A stretch of DNA of 64,000 nucleotides from Fimbriosthenelais zetlandica. Lineage: Eukaryota. This document shows, one piece after another, positions 39,453 through 54,057 of the stretch (the first letter of the stretch is position 1; the number at the start of each line of letters is the position of its first letter). The notes below the pieces were generated by a model. That model searched no databases and was not told the DNA's origin. It worked only from the letters and a program-made list of their open reading frames with translations. Location: contig OZ365110.1 of the NCBI GenBank assembly GCA_977030845.1, forward strand, positions 26,846,001 to 26,910,000. The letters are read 5' to 3'. The translations under genes were made by a program, and so were the position numbers.

Positions 39453-39518
39453 TAATGCATACATTCCATTATGTGTGCATTAAAACCCTAATGCATATAT
39501 TCCATTATGTATGCATTA
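39453..39518. repeat. Tandem pair of 30-bp imperfect palindromes
   Basis: TAATGCATACAT-TCCATT-ATGTGTGCATTA, 6-bp spacer, TAATGCATATAT-TCCATT-ATGTATGCATTA. Confidence 0.9.
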
Positions 39519-41239
39519 TAAATGCTATTGTACGTGACCTTCATAAGTAGGTTTATATCATGCTAAGCTGTATATTATTTCTAGTTTTTAATGATATTTT
39601 TTCTAGTAGTGCATTTCATGTTAAACATAGCAGTAGATTTCTTGGCAGGGATCTGATGCAGGGAACACATTGGCTGAACAAACCATGTTTGATGAATTGT
39701 TATACATGTATCCTTCACCAATATTTACCCAAGCAGGGCAGGTCCAATGCATAAATAGTGAATAGAGGCAAATATGATGATCTGTTAGCTCACTATGCTC
39801 CCAGCTTAACTGACTTTGATTTATGAGCTGCCTTTGATGCAAATTTTATTTCTAGGGAAAGATGGGAGTAATATAAATATGGCAGTACTATTCACATTAT
39901 TTCCTCACAACTGCTTTATATCTCCCTGCTAGCTTGCTTCATGTGACAGTGAAGTGGCCTAGTGAGGGGTATCCATCACCAACCTGTGCTTTTTCTGGAA
40001 TTTGCCACGAGGTGGCGACACCAATCCAGATAAATACTTTTAACACTGGAGCCTATGGGAGATCACACTTTCACATTTCCCCAAAACATTTTCTCACTTA
40101 TATTATCCGTCCAATTTACAAATGATACAGTATACAACATACTTGAACAGACTATAATATTGACTGAATCATCAATGTTTAAGCCAAATTCCCACTTAGT
40201 TATATTTGACCACTGGTGATCTGAATGACCGGTCAGTCCAGGTGAAATGACCAGTTCACTATGTATAGACAGTTACATAACTGGTCAGGCCCTTAAGCTG
40301 TATTTATTTAGGCTTAACCATAAAATAAACCATAAAGGCTAGGTCTATACTGGGAAGGTATTCATGAGTCATACTAAATTTGTTTATACTGACTAAGCCT
40401 TTACATACAATTATTCCCCTTATACATTCTATAATGGCCAGGGATTTTTTTTATTACACTCAAAACACATTGCAAAAAGAAATGTTGGTATAAATTAGAT
40501 GCTATTGTAATGTATATCTGCATGTGTAATAGAACGTGCTTTGAAGCGTCTGGCGTTTACATGTGTGTAGAGATATATGTGTGGCTGCTATGATGTGTCC
40601 TGTCCATGCTATACTTTACCATTATAACCTACACCAACTTAACTTAACCCTTCTATGAACACCTGGCTCAGGTGAGCTTCACTCCACTCTACCCACATGC
40701 ACACCTTTTGTACTCAACCTGGTGTATATTAGACATCAGTCTGTCTGTTTCAATATATAAACAACATAGGCCTACATCCCCGGTACACTCCCCTATCTAA
40801 CCTGAGAATCTACACCGATACTAACGTTGGCAGAGCTTTGATCTTTATGCATTTAAATCCAACGCTCCCATTGTCACAGGAACGTTTGGTTTACCTATAG
40901 GGGAATGGCCATCAGAACTGAGATTTCTTATCAGACTGACCTCATATCGTATCTATATAGATCACTGATATAAGGCGTAGGAGTCAGAGTGAACGCCTAT
41001 ACAGACTTACTCTAGAGGTGGCCGTTTTCAACATAAGGAAATAATAACTTACGCCCAAACCATCAGCTTGGAGATCTATTGCTACGGTTAAAAAGACAAG
41101 CTCGTCCGGCGTGTGAGGAAGTTTATGAAGTTCTATATCACAGTTGAGAGGTGGGAGGAAGCAAAGAAGGTTGAATTGTTATTGAAAAGACGCATGGATT
41201 AGAACTGAAAGGTGTAATATATATCACAATACAGGAAAT

Positions 41240-41501
41240 ATGGAAGGTGCTGGGGACATAGGACCTACTATAACCCGAGAAATGGGCTGGAATCAGCTCT
41301 GTCCAAATCTCCATAGTTCACTTGCCGATTTAACCAAAGGTAGGTTGGAGAATTCCACTCTAAATAAACATCAATCTACAGAAAACGGGCGGTTTTATTG
41401 GGGCTTATTGTACATGATTGTCTCTCTATATCGTAGAGACTTAAGATGGAAAATAATCATTCAAACCCATGTGGGTTCAGGATGTGTATTTTGGCCTGTA
41501 G
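41240..41501 (+). CDS. Candidate alternative first coding exon (87 codons)
   Basis: The supplied ORF 41240-41527 hits a consensus donor TAG|gtaagt exactly in phase 1. The peptide has no recognisable motif. Confidence 0.25.
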
Positions 41502-44500
41502 GTAAGTGGCAATGGCGTCCTTTATAACGGTCAATGTATGGTATCACATGATTGTACATTATTCTGAATTTCACGTGTACATTTTGGAAAATACTGTATA
41601 GTGACTCAGACTGGGATGTTCAAATTGTACAACCATGTACATGTACATGCTTTCTTATCAGACTGGGTTATCCCCACCATTATGCCTGCAGTGGTGATAA
41701 TCATGTGTCTTCAACATAACGCTACGTGAGTGGCGGAATGCTCTTTTTCTGCCTACCACCTGTTGAGAGATGCTAGGATTTATGCACCACGTTGATACAG
41801 ACAGGAACAAAGAGATCCAGGTGCACTCCAGCCAAGCCTGTGTAAACCTAACTTATGAGACGTTTTCCCCATTATTTTAAGATCTTGACATATTAATGGG
41901 ATAAGGCCTGTTTCATTTTCAATTTACTGTATGGGTGGAGAATATTGATTCTAGTTCTCTAGTTTAATCACAGTGATGAGTTTTTTTGGTTATAAATAGT
42001 AATAGTACTAAGTAGGTAAATAAACAGGCATGATCTCATAGGTGGAAGTGCACCGATGTCATCAGCAGATGGACAGAATATCCGGGCATAGAGAAACCAC
42101 CCAGCAAACCATTCATATCAGTCTACATGGAGTACATGATTAAATAAACTACAGGAATACCAGCCCCACCATCCCATCAAACCCCACCCACCAACACCAC
42201 CTCATCCCATCCAACCCCACCCACCACCGCCACATTTCCCGATGGCAATCACATCAGACAGACCATGGCTGACCATTTTTGTCACCTACCTCGTCTTTCC
42301 TCATCCATGTGACCCTTTTCCAATCAGCAAGCCTGGAGGAAGGCACTGAAAGCAAGTCTCCCCTGAGCCACATTTACCTCCATATCCCTAATGCATAGAG
42401 AGAGGCTGGAGGTAAATGATTTACAGGTCGGAATCTGGGCACCGCTAAGGTCTCTCTGAATTGGCCCTTTTGGCCTCTATATATTTGTGACAGGAATCCC
42501 CTGCCACAAAGAGCATGACATAGGACATTTATTGATCCATCTGAGGTTTTCCTACTCTCTATTAGGTTGCGCCCATGCTTCAAAACTGCCATTCGCTTTG
42601 CTTTCTCTGTTTAGCCCTAGGCCAGAGCTTTTGAATAGAGAATTCAAAATGGGTTATTATGATGGTTCCCCCATACAGATGAGTTGCTGACATGGCGTAA
42701 ATATCTAGATTCATTCTGTGGTTTATTCTCTCCTTACATATAATTATTACATATTTGGAATGGAGTTGATTCCTTCATTTTCACACTAGTCTATTTTCTT
42801 ACTTGATATCTTCATTAAATAAAACCCATTTCTATAACTCCCTGTATAATATTGGCCAAAATATTTATAATACATTTAATCAAATGTTATGATTGGCAAG
42901 TTGCACTGTGTGGCTTGACTTGAATAATAAGAGATTTACATATTGGTATTTAATAAACCTGTTGTTGGTATTATCCGTTAGAGCTGATAGTTTTAGGGCA
43001 GCAGGGGGAAGTGTTTATGTCTAAGGTGGACCCTTGACCGTTAGCAAATAGCTGACCAGTTAGCCAGTGAGTAATGGAAGTGGCTCATCAATAATTCAAA
43101 CTCAGGCTTAGCAGTAAATGGCTTTATTGCCTAATTGCACAAGGCTATAGTTGTGACGTGACAACATTGATGTGGGTAATATAAGCAATTTAGCCATATG
43201 TTTATTGAAAGGAACAAAAGGGAAATCACTAGTCCTAACAATCTTAATGTGAGGGGAATCAAGACTGAAAGATCAATAAATAACCCAAAATCGAAATCAT
43301 CTCTTGCAATAATTATATTATTCAGTCCACCTCCATATAAGATATGTATGTATTATGTCGTACGTAATCGACTGCTCATGGAAAAATAATTACTTTAAGA
43401 TTAAAATTTGACTATAATATTTCAATCTGAATCCCGATGCAAACTCATACTGATTAAACAATAATTAGGTGACTTAAGCTTCCATTTTCACTTGTAAGGT
43501 GATCCTGGCAGAGGCAATGACTTTAGTTTAATCCCTATTTTTCTGTTTTAACCCTGCTGCTTCCTCAGTCTCTCAGACTTCTTACAACCCAAACTCGGCC
43601 CGTGCTCTCATTGCAGCAGCAAAGATTGGGAACAAATTGACTCCCAGCCACGCCCGGAGCGCCAGTATCTCTCCTGCCATCGCCACCATTCTGGCTCCTC
43701 TCTTTTTCTGGTGGGAAAAAGGACAGAGGATGATCCCAGACAATCAATATAGATCGACACAGGTATGGCAGGCCAGGAATGTGTGCTGGGAGGTTGGTTG
43801 AGGTGGGATGGAAGTGGGGTTGGGGGTGTTATGAGTGGGGGTTGCCAAATTATACAAATGCAACTATTATTCATTGATTTCAACACACTTTTCAGAAATT
43901 GACTCCAATTTCAATTTGCAACCATTTTAATTATCAACGATAAATGGCTCAGTTCTGCTCTGGATTATGTGTTTCAGATTATTTTCATCAACAGTCAGTT
44001 GGGTGCGATCTATGTCTTGAAAATTTTAATATTTTGAAATACAGATTTCATAATTTTATCTTTGACCCATGTCTTGAAGGAAAGGTTTCTACATGGACAA
44101 TACTACCAAGCAGCCTTGGTATTCATATCCATCTAATTCCACTGTCCACCAATGCTAGAATGAGCCTCGCCTCCCCGCTTCTCCCATCATCTTTACATTC
44201 TTTTTCCTGACCTAGGAAGATTCATTTCCTGGCCCTGTATCGACCCTTGTCTTGATGTTGAGGCCCCTGGTCGCTGACGCGGCCTGATGGGGCGAGGGTG
44301 GGAGTGTCCAGCTAATGCTTACTCTCACCTATTGTCCAGCTACTATAGCCGTCAGTTGCTACCCACTCCATATTCCATCCACTATAGACTCTTGTATATT
44401 GCTCCACCGACAACCTCCAGAGCATCGCTCTTGTCTTTTCTATGCAGTCCGCCACCCTTCACATAGCAATAGCTCATTGTTAGAAGTGTTGAAACGATTG

Positions 44501-47500
44501 CAGCTATATTGATTAATGGAGCCTTCTGCGAATTGGCAGTTGAACAATACCACTTGGTTTAACTATTTAAGCGGGACATATTGAATTGAGGAGATATCAG
44601 TGGATCTATATTGACAGGATAGCATACATGCATGTATTCCATTGGGAATACTACCACTACCTTAAACATGGAAACTTTACATGTTACATGCATGTTATGC
44701 GGACCCCACAAGACCTTTTAATGGGAGATCCCGAGAGATCATAATATCCCATGGGCTTTTCTCCCTCGGTTCTGAAACACTCTAAAATTTGAGAGATACA
44801 GCCTCATTTTGTGTGAACTTGCTTCCTATATGCCAGTCAGTTCACTCCCTCTCTAGACGGAACTGATCCCCTAAGCGCTTGGATACACTTAACTCATGCA
44901 TATTAACAACAATTTCCTTACAATACTTGCCACAAGTAGATTGGAGGAATAATATAATCAGTATGCCATCTATTTGGATATATATATTCAAGGACGCTTT
45001 CCCAGACTGTATTACATTGTTGTGGAATTTTAATTCAATGTCTGAATGAATGAATATTCATGTACTGGTAGCTGAGGAATTTCCGACCTAATCATATATG
45101 ATTCTCTTATTAGTCGGACCTTCTCATCAGGAGAGAATAAGCGGGTGAGATAAATAAAGCGAACTCCACTGGTCTACATTAGACTTGCAGATGAGCCGCT
45201 TATGATCCAGGTGGCATTGGGGAGGTGGAAGATCAGAGCCTGGATTATAAGACCCAAACAAGAAAAAGTGTTTCTTATACAACGCAAATTTTCTTCTCAA
45301 AAAGCCTTTTTTCAGCATTTTGGACTGGAAATGGAACTGATATAGCATGGCTAAATGACTGAACAATTAATAGAAATTCCAAGTGAGAGTTGACATTAGG
45401 TCGCGAGAGGAACAAATTCATCGGACTCATTTCTCGAGAGAAATACTTGTCTACACAACAGATTACTTGGCCGGGAGAGTTAAGCATTTTGATTGGTTCA
45501 TATGTACTTGGTCGACAAAGTGGATTGACTGTTAATTGGAGAGAGTTACCAATTTGATTGACCCCTATAGGTCGACAGTGTAGATTGACTCCTCGGTCGA
45601 GCGAGTTTACAAGAAACGTTCATCTGTGGTGGCCTAATTCATGCAGCAAGGATCAGTGCCTATCTGTGGCTTGTCATACTGTCTATAATCAGATTAACAT
45701 AGACCAGCACCATACGCCATTGGTTATTGATAGGTGCCTGTAAGGTTGGTATCAACCCTGGGTGGAGAATGTCAGGGCACGTCATATTAACACTGATACA
45801 CAATGGCAACTTGTGGGCCGTGAAATGAAAGGCTTGGAAGGAACAGGTTAATGCACTGTTTACATGATGGACCCCCCACCCCCGGGTTATTTACAGGGAT
45901 GTCCTGGTCCGCCCATCTCTGGTAGTAGCTTCACCTTATCTGTGGGTATTAAGCAGGATTAGTTCACTGGGAAATAAATACACCCATTAACCCACTACCC
46001 GCATTTGGGAGCACTGGGAGTGGTACTATTCTCCAGGTGTATCCCTCGACAAATCCTCTTTGGTACTTGTAGTAGTTGGGAAGAATCTCTGGGCTTTATA
46101 CCCAGGCAAGGGAGGTGGGTTTTAATTTGGTATGGACATCATTGAGTGCTGGAGGAAGAATGATAAATGGTGCGCTGTCCCTACAAGGACATCCCTGCCT
46201 TGCTTCCCACCATTCTTCCACCAGTGAGCTGCTCCCTGGGTGACTCATCTCTTTTCCCAGGGTGACTCGAGGCTCTTCCCAATGGCATTTCTACCTGCAT
46301 CCAACATTTCCATCCTTCCTCTACCCCCTCCCCCACCGCCCCCGCTCCTCTGCTGTTTCCCATTGATATCAATGGTTCTTTGGCTTGACTAGGATTGCTT
46401 TCATTGCCATTTAGCAATCTGACCTTACCTCCATGCTAGTACACATTGCCCTTTACTGCTCGGGCCAATTTGATTAAAAAGCTACTAGGTCAAGATTGCA
46501 TTTCGTTATGTTTCTAAATCCCTCACATTGGGTATTCTTGTTTGTATCTGTGACATATTCATGAAGGGGATCATCACTTTTTACTAGTAAACTCGTGAAT
46601 ATTCATGACCGCCGAGCGGCTTTTCAGAGGCTTGAAAGTATTATGAGTCCAGCAATATTTTTTTAGATAAAAGCTCCAGATTTAGCTGTTTCTCCAGCAA
46701 TCAACTCTGCTTCTGTAATAAATTGCAAGTCTGATGGACTTTTGTGTAGTTCTATTTTCACCGAGTGTACAATATGAGACTTAAATATCCATAGAATAAC
46801 ATCTCACATAGCAATATGTATAAGATAGTGGCATCACAATACCATTTCAGCTGAGATGCTTAGAGATAAAACGCCTTTTCTTTTAAGAAAAAAAAACCGC
46901 TCCTCTCTTATGCAAGATTGCTACTTGAAAAAAAACCCAACCCCCACATCACCATTACTTGCAGGCCTTCATCTTGACCCAATATTTATACACTGACAGC
47001 CTTCCCGCTGCAGGACGGGCCTTTATTAGATTAATCCCTAAAAAGCATCCACGGCCCGCTGCCATAAATAGCTCCTTAGTGTTGAGGAGGGGAGGGAAGA
47101 AGAAGAGGCGAGGGCATATGGTGAATATGGAAGAAACACGAAGCATTGGTCTCTCTAGTCCTGCATGCCAAGTGATCACCGAATCATCCACCCTGACACT
47201 CCCACAATGTGCAGCTTTTTCATGCTGAACATCTAGACTTGGATTTGTAGCGTGATAGAGAAAAAGCAAGGCTAATTTTACAGTCTGCTTATGTTATTCC
47301 ACGTCTAAAAACCCTTTCAACGTCTGTAAAAAAGCATCTCCATTTCCCTTGTATTACAATTGCTGAAAGGAATTGAGGTATTGATCCCATGATGGAAGAG
47401 AGAGCTGGAAAGGACGAAGGTTTTTGTTCATTTTTATGACTTTTATACTAATCCCTTCCATGTTAATCACCTGAAAGCAAATGGGCGAGGTTCGAGTGTT

Positions 47501-50500
47501 TGGCATTGGAAATGAAGATAAGGAAAAGTCCTGTTAAAAGAATTCTAATCAGATAATTCCAATTTAGCGGTCATAGCGGTACATTGCTCTTGTCGAACCA
47601 ATGACCTTTGAACCTGGAAGAAATTTGGTTATTAATTTTGTCCATTCATGTTTCGGGGAGCTAGGGAAAAATCACGACCTATAGACCTATTATCCAGAGA
47701 AAAGCCTGAAATCTGGGACTATCTGTTCTTGTATTGTTGTGATAATACCAAAACATATACCATATATACATCCGGCTTTAGAAGTGATAAGCTGGTGGAA
47801 ATATAAAAAAGAATTGGTATCGCAGGAACTGATCTATTGGAGAAATAGCTGTATTCGACCTATGTTGGAGAGGTAGTAAGAGTGGAAGGTGGAGGAAGGA
47901 GGAGGAGGAGATTGGATTAAGATAGCAACATTGAGAGCAGTTGGTCCTGTGGCTGGCGAGCAGCTCAGTTTGTCTATAGGCCTTCATCATCAGATGGCTC
48001 TGGTGTGTGTAGGAGCTGCTCTCTCTCTCCCTACTCCTCTCACTCAGTCACTCCCCCACCAACGCCAGCACAACCACCCAACTCTCCTTACCCACTGACA
48101 AGGCTGAGAGTGAGAGACAGATTCCCCACTATCTCTCATTCGCTCACTCGCTCTCATTGACTTTCCCCATATGGCAGTTCCATATAGGTATGTTGTCACC
48201 CGATCACCCAGGAAACCTTTGTTAGCTTTCGCTAATGTATAATGCTCAACATTAGATCCTCCAGACAACCATCTCGCTGATTCCCACATAAGTGACATAG
48301 AATTACTTAGGAGCTTTGTGTGGCAACTCCAAAGGACTATTACATTGGGATTGTCAGCGTGTCACACTGATTTCTCCTGATGGATTTACCCCTGAGTACA
48401 TCTTCACCATACATCATACATAGCCCTTCTGTGACAATACATCAGCGGGGTGGATGTGAAGGTAGGGAGAGTGGAGCCTGGTTCAGAACCCCTGAGTAGT
48501 AGCAGTACTAGGGTTGGAGGGCTGAGTTGGGAGGAGGAGGAGGAGGAGGAGGCGGCCTAGGTCTCCTGGCTTTTGGCCCTCTTGTACTACAACTGGTACG
48601 ACTGAAGGCGGGAAAGAACAGCGGGGCGGTGAATAATACCTCTGGACAGCGTTATTGATTCCACACCCTGGAGGAAGAAGAATGGAGGAATATAACAGGT
48701 GCGAGGAAGCATATTCGGGATTTCCATGACAACGCAGTCTGCTGTCAAATGATAATTTATATACCCCAAGAAAGGCGGTCTACATGTTACCCCTTATTAG
48801 CCCATTTCCAGTCTTTGCCACCTAAAGACCATTCATTCTCCCTCTCTCTTCTTCCCCTAGAGCTGGGTGTATGTAATGTTGCTCAGTTCTGGGGCTATAG
48901 ATTAAGGCGTTTAGTGGTTGTGTATGGGGTATTAAGAATTCATGGGCTGGCATGGAGGTGGGTAAGGAAACAATATTGTCAGCCCTTCTGTCACTCGGCT
49001 ACAGTCCTAGAGCTTTCTTTCTACTTGGAAATGTTTTACTTTTTTCTCTGTGAATCAGTGAATTCTCGAGGGATGTTATATATTCTGACCTTTCCATAAA
49101 TAGCTGGTTTGATGAATGGCCACCCAATCAAAAGTTTATTTGAAATTTTTGTAGAATTGTTTAGATTCATTATTCAGGATATTAATATTATAAAACCCCC
49201 AAAAGATTGTCAGAAAGAAACGGGATTCATGGTAAAACAACTTTAGGAATGGTTTAAGATGGCAACACAGAGAGCACAAAAAAGATATGTCAGGGAGTAA
49301 TTATATGTAAAGAAAAGTTCACAAGCACTATTCATAGTTCATGTCGGCCCTTGACATATAGAGTCACAACACTAATTTAGTCACCACTCATTAACAACAG
49401 ATGACTATTGAACAATTAGCCTGAAGGTGGACAGCATTTGGTGGTGGTGGATGATGGACCACCAGCCCACTCAATCCTTAACTGATCTTTTGTCCACTTT
49501 TCACATGCTAATGTGATCAATATGGTAGAGGTCGAGTAAGGGGGGATCCTTCAATTTAGTATTCATAAAAAATAAACCAATTGTGGTGGATTGTTTCTCT
49601 GTGGAATTATAGGAACCACACCGCAGACAGTCACTGGAGGAATAGTGCTGGCTCGTGGCCTTTGTGTGCTCGCGTGTGTTGTTGAGATTTTTGACTTTTT
49701 TTAAAGGTTGGTTGGAGTTTTTTTCAGTATTTTGGGTGGGATCTAAGTGGCCTCATTAACAATGGGCCTTTATAGAGTACAGAGCTCGGTGTGAGCTAAG
49801 TGGCTCATTGTAGCTTGCCTGCTCTCTCTCTCATCCAGGCATTGTTCCCATAGGCAGAGAGGCTCATAACTGACTTCAACTTCAACATCTAAACATGGAC
49901 CAACCATTGATGCACACATTTTATCAGATCTCTTGAGAAAAATATATTCAAGGAACTACTAGAAACCAACAGTGTTTGAAAATACTGTGTTGAAACTTAA
50001 ATCTTCAAGTTTGCTCTTGTTGGAGAAATACATTATCAAGAATCATAATAATTACATTGGAAACATTGGAAATCAAGGGAAATATAGGAAAAACCTTCTG
50101 AGATTGATTGTTTAATATAACGGAATATTAATAAGGCTTGGATAAATGGCTCACTTCCTTCCTGTGATAACAATCATCTCTTTGTACATTACCAATGTAT
50201 GTCAAATGGTTCTGTTCCCAATTGGCTAAAATATAATTAGCGAATTAGTGCAGTGGTTAACATAGGGAGTAATTACTCCCGGTTCCATTAGGGTCTCTCT
50301 CGTTCCCTTGCCTTCCATTTGGGTTCGGTTCCCGAAGGATACAAGTTCATTGGATGTAATTTTCCCTCCGGTGGAAACGAATAACAGTTGCCCTCTTTCA
50401 ATCTGGATCATTGAAAATTGAGAGAAAATTTAAGGTTAATGATACCAATTCTGGGCACCATTGTATGCTTGGAACCTCTTGGAGTTCAAATGATTCAATG

Positions 50501-52384
50501 TGTTTAAGTAATTGGAATTACAACAATGTTGAGCACTTCCACCGCACTAGCCTTCCTAGTGTATACATGGCCCAGTGGCTTATCTTTGTTATTTTGATGT
50601 GGAATAATAGTGCTGATAAAGTGGTATTATTGCAGCTAGTGTTTACATAAAGGATCTTTTCTGTTTGGATCCCTGGGGAGTGGAGGCCTTTGGATTAGTT
50701 TTACATTATTATCAATTGGATGGTGTAAGATTGCGCGTGGCAGTTATGCGGAGTTGTAACCTCAGTGTAATCCTCTGAGTTGACCAAGGCCTGATAAACA
50801 CTGGGCCTGAATGTGCGTGGAATAGTGATGCAACGGGTACAGTTCAAGCTTACATTGGAGCCCGGAGAAAGCCCTGAGATAGGCCAGTGATCAGATGATG
50901 GTGGTGATGGTGGTAGATGGCTTGTATACAAGAAGGATAACATCTCCAATGCTACTTAGAGAGCTCCCAGTCATGACATAGCAAACGTTGGCACAAGCTG
51001 GATTTAACACTTGAGCCTTTCTGGAACCCATACCAATACTTCACAAGGTCTACTACCACCATAGAACCCAATAGCCATACCTTGGTTATAACCCATTTAG
51101 GGTCAGTCCCATGGTTTTGTATCTATGACAGGGATCTATAATATAAAGGATAATCTATATCATGGATTGGATGAGTGAGTTATTATAGTGACATTCAATA
51201 TGGCCAGTAAATATAGGATCTGGTCATCCGTGGACAGTGGGCGCAGTGTTTCATGCTTCAGGGAAGAGGCTTTCTTCTACCATAGTGATGATGAGGCATT
51301 GGAACTCAAAAAATATTATCCCATCTCAGGTATACACTTAGCACTTTAAATGATTATTCACCCGAGAAATTATTTTAAATTAATCTAATGGTTTCGGATT
51401 GCAAAATCCTAATACAATGTAATACTGTACATATAAGTTGCAGACACTTGTAATACAGTATTTAATGTGAAACTGTAAGTGTGACGTAAATGACTGAATC
51501 ATTCCGATCTTATCTCAAAAAAATCCCTAGAACACATGTCTTGACTATGTACCCGCATGATACTTTATCAACCAGTATTACCAACCAAGTCAATTATACT
51601 CTTGTCTTCTAACTTCCCCTTTTGAGGCATTCCCCTCAAAGCTAGGAATATAAGTCAATTCTTTGATAACTTGCAGGCGTCCTATTCGAGGAGGGGATGT
51701 GATTTAATAGTGAATTCCCTATGGACTTGAATGATGAAAGCTTCTAGATACAACAGCTGTTTAATGACTAAGTGCATGTATGGGAAACAAAGTGTTTGGA
51801 AGCATATTTTAGGTTGTCTGTGTGGAACACCATAGTAACAATAGCATTGTCTTTATTGTACACCTACATCACTATGACAATATGCTAAGATTCACTACTA
51901 GATCATTCAATCACATTGCCATGGCCTTTTATGGGTATATGACGTATATTTTCCATGGACATGGTATGGGATATGGGAAATTAAATCAAAATGTTTTGTC
52001 AACTCGTAATGACGTATCATCATGGAGTATGCTAAAATTTCCTGACATGCACAATACCACCAATGTAGGATTTGCATTTAATGATTGTCATCATTCCAAT
52101 CAAAGTCTTTTTCGTGTGAATTTTTAAGCCAATCCCTTCACTCACTTTGTCATAGAAGAAACTCATTGAAGCGCCAGATCATAACTACACGTTTGAAAAA
52201 TTCTTCTGACATTGCGCCAGACTATTTTTGCTGTTTTAAATCTATGTACCACAAAATATTGGTCCATTTAAGGTTGATATCTGTGATACATATCCCTCTG
52301 TATATATCAAGCTGGCCATGATGGCAGAGATTGCCCTAATTAACATGTAATATGAAGCTAACTGACATGTTTGACATATTTCAG

Positions 52385-52552
52385 ATGCCCAGCACACAGC
52401 CAATGGCGACACCCGGACGGGCACCAAAGCCCCGCGCTCGCCTACCACCGAGAGGAAACCAAGCCGATTCGCAACCCTCGGCAAATTATTCAAACCCTGG
52501 AAATGGAAGAGGCGGAAAAAACCGAGCGAGAAAATCGAGGCCAAGGCAGTGG
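52385..52552 (+). CDS. PHACTR: PHACTR exon with conserved basic/NLS motif (SRFATLGKLFKPWKWKRRKK)
   Basis: Acceptor atatttcag| at 52384, donor G|gtaagt at 52553; 168 nt, phase 1-1. The translation matches the hallmark F-x-x-L-G-[RK]-[IL]-F-K-P-W-K-W-[RK]-[RK]-K-K segment of PHACTR1-4. This frame is not in the supplied ORF track. Confidence 0.95.
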
Positions 52553-52795
52553 GTAAGTCTCAGTGCAATAGCAATCCATGTCCTATGGCCAAACTATTAG
52601 AAGCTGACCAAACAGACAGACAAATGGAAAAATGAATATTACATTCGGCTGCAGATCTGCTATTTATTGAGATTAATAAGTCATTGGGTATTTCTTCCGA
52701 TTCATAAAAATAAGTTCCATCTGCCCGTTGGGTTGGTGTAGGCCTCCTCTTTAATTTCTGGGAGAAATAGGTTGACTAAAGTTTAAGTTAATTTC

Positions 52796-52859
52796 ATGTG
52801 GAAGGTCGCCAGTTCGAACCTCGGCCTGGTCAAACCAAAGGTACTGGTGGCTCCCTCGT
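52796..52859 (+). mobile_element. Degraded fragment of the same SINE family
   Basis: TGTGGAAGGTCGCCAGTTCGAACCTCGGCCTGGTCAAACCAAAG-GTACTGGTGGCTCCCTCG aligns to about 30036-30110 with one internal deletion. Confidence 0.75.
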
Positions 52860-53053
52860 GAGGCTCCATTTATTGAGCTTGATAATAATCCGATGATTGG
52901 TCCGATTCATATGATTCCCCCCTGTCTGTGAGCGGGAGCTTTTATTTCTAAGAGAAATAATTTGTCTTTAATTATCTGCAAGTATTTGATACTCTAAAAG
53001 ACACTTGTTTTTGCAGTACTTCATTTCAGTCTTGGTTTCTCTTTGATTTTCAG

Positions 53054-53155
53054 AACTTGAAAGGCAAATGTCTTTACGAACAACTCGGGAGGAGTTAATA
53101 AATCGGGGAGTACTAAAAGATGAGACTATACCGTCTTCTATATCAGAGGAATCAA
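53054..53155 (+). CDS. PHACTR: PHACTR exon encoding the N-terminal RPEL (G-actin-binding) motif
   Basis: Acceptor ctttgattttcag|, donor A|gtaagt; 102 nt, phase 1-1. ELERQMSLRTTREELINRGVLKDE parallels the PHACTR RPEL1 ([22 protein letters not shown]). Confidence 0.95.
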
Positions 53156-54024
53156 GTAAGTCTGCCCTGCTTTGTTTTTGACCTTCAAGATGTATATTGA
53201 TTAATTATAGACCTACCTCTGCCCCGCCCATTCCTTTTACTTTCTCCAGTCCTGGCTGCCAGGCTTGTCAATTAACACATGAAGACCCGTTGACAGGTCT
53301 CCTTTAATTAAAAAAATAACTTTGATTTGGATAACAAATTGGTTTCTTACTAATCAATTTCCTCCTATCCCTGGTCCAGTCCTGACCCTGTTACCAAAAA
53401 TAAAAGGAATTGAAACGATCATGATGAAACTCAATTTCAACCTAATTTTGAATCCAAATACGAATGAAACCAAAATGATTAGGCTACTTGAGGAATCCAT
53501 TCCCATAATGTGATTATTTACATTTTAAGATGATGCCATTAATTTGTTGTCTAGTCATGTGGAAAAGAAACGCACAGACAAAATGCATTTAGAAATTTAA
53601 GTATAAAATTTCAAGTCCTTTACTGATTGGGATGTTGAGTTAAGATGCCAGGATCCTCGAGTCAAGATTCAAAGTTAATGATTGCCAATTAGTGTCCTCC
53701 CATCCACTCCATCACGCCCGGCTAATATTTATTTACCAAAACCCTGCTGGTATCTAGTGCCAAGTCAGCATCTTACCCCCTCCCCTGCCTCCCCCTCCCA
53801 CCTTCCTCATCCTCCTATTCTTCCACCACTACCTACATCCTAACCTACTGTACTGTAGGCTCCATCCCTCGAGAGCCCAGCCCCGCCTCCTGGAACATCC
53901 CACACACACTAAAATACCACGTCATCGTGGCTGCATTTATTTTAACCCTCACCATCTGAGACTGGTTCTCCCTGCCCCTGTATTTTTGTGTGTGTGCTTA
54001 TGTTTCCTTGATTTGTTCCTACAG

Positions 54025-54057
54025 ATATTGTCAGAAATGGCCGTAGGCCTGAATCAA
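54025..54057 (+). CDS. PHACTR: PHACTR 33-nt microexon (NIVRNGRRPES)
   Basis: Acceptor ttgatttgttcctacag|, donor CAA|gtgagt; phase 1-1, open, 870 nt after the RPEL exon. Confidence 0.65.

Noticed and set aside
45488-45600. Degenerate 60-bp duplication (GGTCGACA..GATTGACT)
   Set aside because: Only two short matching blocks with no termini. Probably old local slippage.
50265-50280. Perfect 16-bp palindrome GGGAGTAATTACTCCC
   Set aside because: About one is expected by chance in 64 kb.
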